From the NCBI GenBank assembly GCA_030390025.1, contig CM059425.1, positions 15,500,001-15,564,000 on the forward strand: a DNA stretch of 64,000 bases, in the 5' to 3' direction. Of this stretch, positions 26,201-38,200 are shown one piece after another. The notes below the pieces were generated by a model. The model did not search any database. It worked only from the letters and a program-made list of their open reading frames with translations, and had not been told where the DNA came from. Numbering within the stretch: the stretch's first letter is position 1; every line of letters begins with the position of its first letter. The stretch is from Squalus acanthias. Lineage: Eukaryota. Both the position numbers and the translations under genes were made by a program.

Positions 26201-29200
26201 ACAAACAGCAATGTGATAATGGCCAGATAATCTGTTTTGGTGATGTCAGTTGAGGTATAAATATTGGCCAGGACACCGGGGATAACTCCCCCGCTCTTCT
26301 TCGAATAGCGCCGTGGGATCTTTTATGCCCACCTGCGAGGGCAGACTCTGTTTAACGTTTCAGCCGAAAGACGGCACCTCCGACAGTGCAGCACTCCCTC
26401 AGCACTGCTCTGGGAGCGTCAGCCTGGATTATGTGCTCAAGTCTCTGGAGTAGGACTTGAACGCACAAGCCTTGTATGTCGGAGGAGTAAAGCCAATGGC
26501 AGATGTGGTTCTGCCGCTGATGTGTCAACAGATTAAGACCTGCTGTTTCAGCAAACGAGATATAGAGAGCCAATCGCGCACGCTTGCTTTCTGGGTCTTT
26601 GCCAATCCTGCGCGTCTCTGTATTACACAGCAGAGCCCAGCGCACCTATGGAGAGTATCTGGCTCCTGGCACCGAGTATAACAAGACGGGAAGCGCGGTG
26701 CGCAGAGATTCCTCTCCTGACACAGGATCAGCAAGAAACAGAGAAGTGAAAGGAAGCAGATTGTCAAAGCTAAACGAGATTAGAGACTCAAATCCTGAGG
26801 GTAAATAACCTATTAATGAACATCTCAACTAATTACCATGTGGTTGTGTGACTGGGCCGATTAAGGTAGCACGTCCCAGACAGAACCCAGTTCAAGGAGA
26901 GTTAAGGAAAACCCATCAGTCGTGGAATTTCAGGAATGCTAATGACAGTCATGAGAGTTCCGTCTAAACAAATCAGGATGGACAGCTTCGTAAAGAAACT
27001 GAACTGGTGCTAGCCCATCTCCTCAGTCTGTCCCTGTTTCTCGCTCTCTCTCACTGGCTGAATGTGAGGAACAGGAGAGACTGAGTTGTGATAGGGAGCA
27101 TAGGTGAGATTTGATGGCTGAGAAATAGGGAGAAAAGGCCAACTGAGAACAGGAGGAGGAGCCCGCTGTGTAAAGAATCAGGATTAACAAAAGAAAGACT
27201 TGCGTTTCTATAGCGCCTTTCACAATCTCAGGACATCCCAAAGCGCTTCACAGCCAATGAAGTATTTTTGAAGTGTAATCATTGTTGTAATGTAAGAAAT
27301 GCCACAGTCAATTTGCACACAGCAAGCTCCCACAAACAGCAATGTGATAATGACCAGATAATCTGTTTTTAGTGATGTTGGTTGAGGGATAAATATTGGC
27401 CAGGACACCGGAGAGAGCTCCCCAGCTCTTCTTCGAAATAGTGCCGTGGGATCTTTTACGTCCTCTTGAGGGGACAGACGGGCCTCGGTTTAACGTCTCA
27501 TCCGAAAAGCACTTCCGACAGATCGGCATTCCCTCAGTACGGTACTGGAGTGTCAGCTTAGACTTTCTGCTCAAGTCTCTGGAGTGGGACTTGAGCCCAC
27601 GGCCTTCTGACTCGGAGGCGAGAGTGCTGAGGATGAGGAGCTAAAGAGATCAGCTTATGAGAGTGAGGAACAGGCTGGTAAAACCCTCGGACCCTGTAAG
27701 AATCCGGGTGGGGGGGTGGGGGGCGGATGTGCGAGTTGTCAATGATGAGCGAAAACAATTTATTTGCAAACAGAACTAGCCTGTCTGAAACCTGTTGCTG
27801 ATATGGTGTATGTGTGTAGAGAGCTCTTATCGTTTCAGAGCATCGCAGACACTTTGTCTGCCTGCACACTCCGCTTAAATTGACCCTCCACCTGTTTGCT
27901 GACATGGAGAGTTTGTGCTGTTTTTCAGAGACCGGTGGAATCTGTATAGCCCCTCGCCCTGCCGACAGAGATGCAGAGATTGTCCCTGCCATGGCAATGA
28001 GGCCCTTCTTTGGAATAAACCCTGTCCTCGTGGACAACCAGGTAACAGGAATACGTCGACTTTTTCCTTTTAATTCACCTTGCTTCTTCTGCCATCTGCC
28101 TGTGGAGATCAGTAAGAATCCAGACAATCCTCGCACTTTGAGCTGAAGGAGCCGGCGGGAATTTAATGTGTTTGGATCTAGCCAGGATTCAGTGGGAATA
28201 TGCGGGATGCTGCTGTAGGTCAGCCCTGAGAATGCGGTGTTTTCCATTAGTCACTAAACAACGAGTCACTTCCAACCCATGGTCCAGTGGTTAAGGGCAA
28301 TGCTCAGTGGAGCCGAATGGTTCAGGTTACATTACATGGAATATACAGCACAGAAACAGGCCATTCGTCCCAACCAGTCTGTGCTGGTGTTTATACTCCA
28401 CACTAGAAAGCAAGAAAGGCTTGCATTTCTAGAGCGCCTTTCACGACCAACGGACGTCCCAAAGCACTTTACAGCCAATGAAGTACTTTTGAAGTGGAGT
28501 CACTGTTGTAATGTGGGAAACACGGCAGCCAATTTGCGCACAGCAAGCTCCCACAAACAGCAGTGTGATAATGACCAGATAATCTGTTTTTTGTTATGTT
28601 GATTGAGGGATAAATATTAATAAATATAAATACTAGTCTGTACTGCTGTTTATACTCAGACAAGTCGCTCCCATTCCATCTACCTCATCTCAGTCTTTCA
28701 ACATATTCCCTATTCCCTTTTCTATCTCATGTACTCATCTAGTTTCTCGCCCCCATTCTTGACACGGGACAATTACTCAGACCTGCCAACTCCACGTTGT
28801 GCTCTGCGACCACTATCGCTAGTGTTAACTGGGCCCTTAGATTTGACTTCAGAATTGTATTGACTTTCGCTCTGTGTCCTTTCCAGGGTAGGAAATTAGC
28901 AGGGAACAACATCTCTGGGTCTCTCTGCATCGCACAGCCGTGGCCTGGGATGGCTCGAACTATCTACAATGACCACGACAGATTTGTGAACACGTATTTT
29001 AAAGCCTACCCCAGTAAGTGGATGTGTTGTGTTGATATTAAGATTTACTGGCATGGTACCAGGGATGAGGGACTTCAGTTATGTGGAGAGACTGGAGAAG
29101 CTGGGATTGTTCTCCTCAAAGCAGAGAAGGTACAAGGGAGATTTAATAGAGATGTTCAAAATTATGAGGGGTTTTGATAGAGTAAATAGGGAGAAACTGT

Positions 29201-32200
29201 TTCCAGTGGCAGGAGGGTCGGTAACCAGTGGACACAGATTGAAGATAATTGGCAAAAGAACCAGCAGATGAACAGAAATTTGTTTACGCAGCGAGTTGTT
29301 GTGATCTGGAACGCGCTGCCTGAAAGGACGATGGAAGCAGATTCAATAGTAATTTTCAAAGGGGAATTGGATATATACCTGAAAAGGAACAATTTGCAGG
29401 TCTATGGGGAAAGAGCAAGGGGAGTGGGACTAATTGGATAGCTCTTTCAAAGAGCCGGCACAGGTACGATGGCTTCCTTCTGTGCTGTATGATTCTATGA
29501 TAAACTTCAGCATGAAGCAGGGCTCAGCTGCTAGTGAATTGTGTCAAGCTTGTCTGCTTTGAATTGAAGAATGGGAACATAGAAGGAATGAGGGAGGGCA
29601 GCAATGACCCAGTAGTATCAGTAAAATAGAGCAAGGTGGTGACAGAGAACGAGACTGAGCGCAGCGCTGGCTGGTATTTGGGAGCTGGTGGACTATCCGT
29701 TAGCTGCTGGAGATGGTTGTCCAGGGATGCCTGGAGGGGAGTGACAGAAGGAAACAGCACAGGGTATTCGACGTCAATAAACAAACTCACATCTTCTGCG
29801 GCAACCAAACGTCCTGATGCCTAAACACTGGCTCCTGGATAATTTACTCAGATCTGCGGCCTTCCTTGATCCTTCTCCGTGGCAGTGACGGGTCAGCCAC
29901 CATTGGAGGCTGATGAACTGGATTGTGAGTGGGATTTGGACAGAGCACTTTATTTCTGTTGAGGATATTAGACGAGCTGGAAGATGACAAGCCCGCCTGA
30001 TGAGGCAAAGCTGTCATTTGAAGTTGTTAATATTTTCCACTCGAGGCCGGCTGGCTGTCTCCGCTCCTTTTGTGGACTGGCTCCCATCTAATTTATTGGA
30101 AAAGCGAAGGAATTACATTCTGTTTAGAACATTTTTGATTTTGAGCTGCTCGGGGCAGATACTGGTGTGGGCTTTGCACTGCCAATCATAGAATAGTACA
30201 GCACAGAAGGAGCACATTCGGCCCATCGATTCTGCGCCGGCTCTTTTGAAGAGCAATCCAGTTAGTCCCACTGCCCCGCTCTTTCCCCATATCTCTGCAA
30301 TTTTTTCTCCTTCAAGTATTTATCCAATTCCCTTTTGAAGGCTACTATTGAATCTGTATCCACCACCCTGTCAGGCAGCGCATTCCAGATCCTAACCACT
30401 CGTTAAAAGAATGTTGGAAGTATTTTTATATCAATTATGCCCGTTTGTGTTTTGGAATCAAAATCCCTTTGAACAGGTTCAAATTCGGTTCTAATCTTGA
30501 AGTTTCTGATGTAATGGGATTAAAAGGTGCCGAACTGTGATGGCCAGGAAGCGTACCCGGTGAATCATGTCAAATTACAGCTCAGCTGGGTTCCCTGTGG
30601 GCTACTTGAACCATTGATTTGTGTGCGCTAGTTGATTTGTCCCGCCATTTGATTCCTGACATGTGCTCCGTTAGCTGGTCTCAGCTGGGGGTCACCAGTG
30701 AAGCTAAGGGGTGGGGGGGAACATCTGACAGGGCTCCCACCTCTGAACCCTGTCCAGTGACTCCTGCTGGAAAGTACATCCCCGAATTTCACAGGATTCT
30801 CCCAATCTCGTGCTGTGGTGTTGGCGGGGCTCCCGGGGGGAATTGGCGAAAATGCTTGACTTTAGTCAATCTTCCATCGGAGAGTCCCGGCAGGAATTCC
30901 AGGCGAATACCTGTGGATATCTGGTTAAGGACAGCAATGTGCTTATCCGTGGTATCCTCAACAACAACAATTTGCATTTATAAAGCGCCTTTAATGTAGT
31001 AAAACGTCCCAAGGTGCTTCACAGGAACGTAATCAAACAAAAATTTGACACCGAGCCGCATAAGGAGATTTTAGGACAGGTGACCAATACCTTGGTCAAA
31101 GAGGTAGGTTGTAAGGGGCGTCTTAAAGGAGGAGAGAGAGGTAGTGAGGCGGAGAGGTTTAGGGAGGGAATTCCAGAGCTTAGGGCCCAGACAGCTGAAG
31201 GCACGGCCACCATTGGGGAGCGATTAAAATCGGGGATGCGCAAGAGGCCAGAATTGTAACAGCGCAGAGATCTCGGAGGGTTGTAGGGCTGTAGGAGGTT
31301 ACAGAGATAGGGAGGGGGCGAGGCCATGAAGGGATTTGAAAACGAAGATGAGAATTTTAAAATCGAGGTGTTGCCGGACCTCAATTGAAGAGCCTGCTTC
31401 GCAATCACTATTGAGGCTCCCACGTGACGAGATTGTGTGAGGTACTCGGAGGGCAGCCGATACCTGTGGAACTGAACCCCAGCAGGAAGCAGTGCCTTCA
31501 GGAGAGGAGGGGGAAGAAAAAGTACAAATAAATAAGTTTTAAAATTTAAAAAAACACTAAACGATTTCTGAGGCGGTTTCTTTCTTTGTCTTTTGCAGAC
31601 TATTTTTTCACAGGAGATGGAGCGTACAGATCTGAGGAGGGGTATTACCAGATCACAGGCAGGCTGGACGATGTCATCAACATCAGTGGCCACAGGCTGG
31701 GCACAGCAGAGATCGAAGGCGCTGTGGTAAGTGAAACGAGATACAGAGATGAAGCTTATCATTAAAATTTATATTCTCAGGCGATTTTTTGTTTTGTTTT
31801 GTGCTTATTTTAAAAATTCATTCTCGGGATGTGGGTGTCACTGTCGAGGCCGGCATTTATGGCCCATCCCTAGGTACCCCTAGAAGGTGGTGGTGGGCCT
31901 ACTTGATACTTGCTTGCCCGGCCACTTCAGAGGGTAGTTAAGAGTCAACCACATTGATGTGGGACTGGAGTCACATATAAACCGGACCGTGTAAGGCTGC
32001 CAGGTTTCCTTCCCTAAAGGACATTGGTGAGCCAGTTGGGTTTTTAAGACAATCCGTGGTCACTCAAAATCCTGGAACTCCCTCCCTAACAGCACTGTGG
32101 GAGTACCTTCACCACACGGACTGCAGCAGTTCAAGAAGGCAGCTCACCACCACCTTCTCAAGGGCAATTAAGGATGGGCAATAAATGCCGGCCTTGCCAG

Positions 32201-35200
32201 TGATGCCCATAAAGAAAAAAATTAAGTCTTGCATTTATATAGCGCCTTTCACGACCACCGGACGTCTCAAAGTGCTTTACAGTCAATGAAGTACTTTTGA
32301 ATGAATAATTTAAAAACTACTTTTAATTATACCAATTTTTTATTTTTAGATTTAAAATTTTTTTTTAACCTAAATTCAAATTCTCAAACTGCCATGGCGA
32401 GATTTGAACTCACATTCTCTGGATCTCTCTTTAAAGGATTTCAGTATTCACGAATGGCACAGTTGCCCCAATGTTGGGGGCCCATTGTTAATACCAAATT
32501 CTCCCAGGTCCTGTATATAGCACAGGCCAAACCCAGAGCAAAGCTCCTTTCTCTTTTCCGTAACAGAGGGGCCTAAATTTAACATCATTGGGCACGTTTT
32601 ATGGGCCTAGAATAGACATTTTGATAACCAATTTAGGAGGGCTGAGGCCTGTTCCCAATCTGCACCAGCTTTCGGGCCACTGCTAAATTGGTTTGGGCCT
32701 TTTTGTAGGTGGCCCTAGTGGCTGCCTGAAATGAGCAAAAGCCTCATTTCAATATTGAACTGTGGCTCTTGCGACCATTTCAGACCAGGAATACTAAATT
32801 TGTTCACCCTAGACGGTGCTGGCGCTGTTCAGGCTCCAAATGGTATATCCATGTTTGAGGCTGCCTAAACCAGCGGTCTGTGAGGAGACGAGCGTTTAAT
32901 CTGACAGTCGAATTAAATCACTGACCCCCAAGTTTGCTTTGAACTTTCAGAATCAACACCGAGTTGTGGCCGAATCTGCGGCAATTGGATGTGCCCATAC
33001 GATCAAAGGAGAAGGTAAGAGCAGCAACGAGAAGGAGGAGCTTTTTGGCCTGTGCAGCGAAATACAATGCAGGGTCAGTAGCTGCAATGAGTGGTGACCG
33101 CAGGCACTTACTATTAAGGCTCGCACGTTACTGGGGCCTGAAGCCCAAGGGACTGTGCATTCATGGGGGAGTCACTGCCCTCAGGAGAGGAGAGAAGAAA
33201 ATATGAGTGAAGGAATGAGAAAAACACTGAGCCCAGTATTGAGCAACCTATCCAACCATCTTTTTCCCTCTCACAAACCCGTAGCCCGACACTCCTTTCT
33301 CAATCAGGAGTGGATCCAGTTTAGTTGCGAATGTTTCAGCCTATATTATAAGTCTGTGACACGGAGCATAAGCAAATAATCGTAGTGGCTATGGCAACAG
33401 AATCATGCGACTATCGGCCTCAACGCAATGCGGGAGACCTTTAACAAAAAGAGACAATGAGATTACAGGTCCATTTCATACCACAATAGCTTCATTTTTC
33501 TAATGGATGAAAATAAAACAAATTTCTCCCCAAACCCCAGCAAAAAATCAGGATATCTCCATCGCATAGAGAGGGCGGTCTGGTCAGGTCTGACACGGAA
33601 GCCATTTTGCCTTCATAGGGTCTGGTTGACGTCAGTACTCTTGCTTCTCTTCCCAGGGTCCTATGTCTTCATTGTTCTAAAGGATGGAATCGACATTGCC
33701 GAGCACATCATCAATAAGGAACTCAAAGACATCGTCTCCCAGAAGATCGCCAAGTATGCAGCTCCCGATTTTATCCAGGTAATGAGCTGGTCTGGTGTGA
33801 ATCCCAATGTTCTAGTGTACACTGAATGAAGCGGACTGGATTGGGGTTGACTCCTGAGAGAGACCATCTTGACTGTTTCTAATCCAAGCTCTCCTTTTTT
33901 TATTATTCGTTCATGGGATGTGGGCGTCGCTGGCAAGGCCAGCATTTATTGCCCATCCCTCGTTATCCTTGAGAAGGTGGTGGTGAGCCACCTTCTTGAA
34001 CCACTGCAGTCTGTGTGGTGAAGGTACTCCCACAGTGCTGTTAGGGAGGGAGTTCCAGGATTTTGACCCAGCGATGATGAAGGATCGGCGATATATTTCC
34101 AAGTCAGGATGATGTGTGATTTGGAGGGGAACTTGGAGGTGGTGGTGTTCCTAGGCACCTGCTGCCCGTGTCTTTCTAGGTGGTAGAGGTCATGGGTTTG
34201 GGAGGTGCTGTTGAAGAAACCTTGGCGAGTTGCTGCAGTGCATCTTGTGGATGGTACACACTGCAGCCACGGTACGCCGGTGGTGGAGGGAGTGAGTGTT
34301 TAAGGTGGTGGATGGGGTGCCAATCAAGCGGACTGCTTTGTCCTGGATGGTGTCGAGCTTCTTGAGTGTTGTTGGAGCTGCACTCATCCAGGCAAGTGGA
34401 GAGTATTCCATCACACTCCTTACTTGTGCCTTGTAGATGGTGGAAAGGCTTTGGGGAGTCAGGAGGTGAGACACTCACCGCAGAATACCTCGCCTCTGAC
34501 CTGCTCTTGTGGCATCATTATTTATAATGTGCATGAGGTCTGTCCATGTACAACACCCACAGGATGTCAATAATAGCTGGAGCTCAGCAGTGTGGTGGGG
34601 TCGTGCATTGGTGCTCCACTGCTTTGTACCTTGGAGTATCAGGACCCAGGTTAGTGCCTCTGTCCCCGACAGGTAGAGTTCTCAATCCTGGCCATATCAC
34701 AAGGCCAAGCAGTGAGTGACGTCTTTAAGGGATCCTGCATAGGGATGGATGTAAAAACAGATGACCAATTGCCTTTGGTCAGTCACATACAACTCTTAGC
34801 GCACAGCTTAAGGGGACCATTATAAAGTCCTTCAATATTTCAGTGAGTAAATATATAGTGTGGCGTAGTACAGAACCACATAGAGCAAGGTCGCTGCATC
34901 CTTATCTAATCTCAACAGTAGCAGCACTGAAGGCAATAAAATTCCCATTACCATCTCAGTTCAGAGGACAAATATTGGTGTCGGCCGTGACTCAGTGGGT
35001 AGCACTCACGCTCTGAGGCTGAAGGTTGTGGGTTCAGAGTCCCACTCCAGAGACTTGAGCACATAATCTAGGCTGACACTCCAGTGCAGTGCTGAGGGAA
35101 TGCTGCACTGTCGGAGATACTGGCTGTCAGATGAGATGTTAAACTGAGGTCCTGACTGCCTTCTCAGGTAGACTTAAAAGATCCCATGGCACTATTCAAA

Positions 35201-38200
35201 GAAGAGCTGGGGAATTCTTCCTGGTGTCCTGGCCAACATTTATCCCCCAACCAACATCTAAAACATTGCTGTTTGTGTGTCCTTGCTGTGCGCAAATTGG
35301 GTGCCGTATTTCTGACATTACACCAGTGACTGCACTTCAAATGTACTTAATTGGCTGTGAAGCGCTTTGGGACATCCTGAGGTCGTGAAAGGTGCTATAT
35401 CATTTATTTTTTAAATTGGTGAGAGGTTCACATTCTAAATTTCTGTCTAGTGACCCAAGCTGGAAGGTGAGTGGGTGCGTGACTGTCAGGTGAGGACAGA
35501 TTGAGCAGGCCTGTGATATCCTGACAGTCAAATATCTTCCTGGTCCTCACCACCTAGGTGTAAACATGAAGAAAGGCGACTTGGGCGGCAAATAGGAGGG
35601 CTGCTGGTGCCCATGGAACCGTAGGCCTTATTCCCGGGAGAAGAGCAGTAAGGGAGCAAATCCACGGGTGAGGGTAAACATTGCCCAGGCATGGCAAAAA
35701 CCTGGAAACAGGTTGCCCACTAACTCTCAGTCAGTGAAGTAACTGCCAGGGGAAGCATAGTCTGTCAGGTGGGCGGGAGCGGGGGTGGGGAGGGGAATAG
35801 TCAAACCCTCCAGCATGGACATACAATTCAGCAGTTAATTCCCCCCCAATATTTTGAAAGTAATGAAATGACCAAATCAGTTCAGTTCTCCATTAGCAGG
35901 GAGACCTATGAGAATGGAATCAGTCTAAGTGAAGTACATAGAATATACAGGACAGAAACAGGCCTTTCGGCCCGATCAGTCTGTGCTGATGTTTCTACTC
36001 CACAAGAGTCTCCTCCCATTCCATCTACCACAATCAGCATGTCTTTCTCAGTAGCGGTAAATGTTGGAAGTGCACAGCAGGTAAGGCAGCGCCTAAAAAG
36101 AGAAAAGGGTCAACGTTTCAAAGGGTCTCGAACCAAAACAACAACTTTCAGATATATCGCGCCTTTAACATTGTAAAATGTCTCAAAGCATTTCAAAGGA
36201 GTGTTATCAGACTAAATCTGAAACAAAAACTTACCTTTTCGGTTTCTAATTTTGGATTTCCCTCATGTACACGGTTTCTGTTGAACCAGAGTTTACCTGA
36301 ACCGATCTTATGCTGCCCTGTACCGATCTCACCCTGCCCTGTACCGATCTCACGCTGCCCGGCGCCGTTCACACGCTGCCCTGCGCCGATCACACGCTGC
36401 CCGGTGCCGATCTCACGCTGCCCGGTACCGATCTCACGCTGCCCGGTACCGATCTCACGCTGCCCGGTACCGATCTCACGCTGCCCGGTACCGATCTCAC
36501 GCTGCCCGGTACCGATCTCACGCTGCCCTGTACCGATCTCACCCTCCCTGTACCGATCTCACGCTGCCCTGTACCGATCTCACCCTCCCGGTACCGATCT
36601 CACGCTGCCCTGTACCGATCTCACGCTGCCCTGTACCGATCTCACGCTGCCCTGTACCGATCTCACGCTGCCCTGTACCAGTCTCACAAATGCCCTGTAC
36701 CATCTCACAAATGCCCTGTACCAATCTCACAAATGCCCTGTACCAATCTCACAAATGCCCTGTACATAGAAACATAGAAGATAGGAGCAGGAGTAGGCTA
36801 TTCGGCCCCTCGAGCCTGTTCCGCCATTTAATGAGATCATGGCTGATCATCCAAATTCAGTACCCTGTCCCTGCTTTCTCCCCATATCCCTTGATCCCTT
36901 TAGCCTTAAGAAATATATCTAACTCCTTCTTGAATATATTTAATGAATTGGCCTCAACTGCCTTGTGCGGTAGAGAATTCCACAGGTTCACCGCTCTCTG
37001 GGTGAAGAACTTCCTCCTCATCTCAGTCCTAAATGGCTTACCCCTTATCCTTAGACTGTGACCTCTGGTTCTGGACTCTCCCGCCATCGGGAACAGCCTT
37101 CCTGCATCTAGTCTGTCTAGTCCTGTTAGAATTTTATAAGTTTCAATGAGATCCCCTTTCATTCTTCTAAACTCTAGCGAATATAAGCCTAATTGACCTA
37201 ATTGACCCAATCTCTCCTCATACGTCATTCCTGCCATCCCAGGTATCAGTCTGGTGAATCTTCGCTGCACTCTCTCCATGGCAAGAACATCCTTCCTCAG
37301 ATAAGGTGACCAAATCTGCACACAATACTCAAGGTGTGGTCTCACCAAGGCCCTGTACAACTGCAGCAAGACATGCTTGCTCCTGTACTCGAATCCTCTC
37401 GCTATGAAGGCTAACATACCATTTGCCTTCTTAGCCACCTGCTGCACCTGCATGCTTACCTTCAGCGACTGGTGCACAAGGACACCCAGGTCTCGTTGCA
37501 CTTCCCCTTTTCCCAAACTATTGCCATTCAGATAATAATCTGTCTTCCTGTTTTTGCCACCGAAGTGGATAACCTCGCATTTATCCACATTATACGGCAT
37601 TTGCCATGCATCTGCCCAATCACCCAACCTGTCCAAATCATACTGGAGTTTCTCTGCATCCTCCTCACAGCACACACGCCCACCCAGCTTTGTGTCGTCT
37701 GCAAACTTGGAGATATTACATCTAGTTCCCTCGTCTAAATAATTTATATATATTGTGAATAGCTGGGGTCCTATCACCGATCCCTGCGGTACTCCACTAG
37801 TCACTGCCTGCCACTCGGAAAAATACCCGTTTATTCCAACTCTTTGCTTTCTGTCTGCCAACCAGTTCTCTATCCAAGACAGTACCTTACCCCCAATCCC
37901 GTGTGCTTTAACTTTGCACGCTAATCTCTTATGCGGGACCTTATCGAAAGCCTTCTGAAAGTCCAAATACACCACATCCACTGGTTCTCCCTTATCTATT
38001 CTACCAGTTACATCCTCAAAAAATTCCAGTAGATTAGTCAAGCATGATTTACCTTTTGTAAATCCTTGTTGCCTTTGTCCGATCCTGTCACTGTTTTCCA
38101 AGTGCTCTGCTATTACATCTTTTATAATGGACTCTAGCATTTTCCCCACTACCGATGTCAGACTATAATTCCCCGTTTTCTCTCTACCACCTTTTTTAAA

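Noticed and set aside
32565..32930. Possible Harbinger-type MITE remnants (also near 2860-3110, 14070-14660, 30770-30915)
   Set aside because: Only vague palindromic character; termini and TSDs could not be defined.
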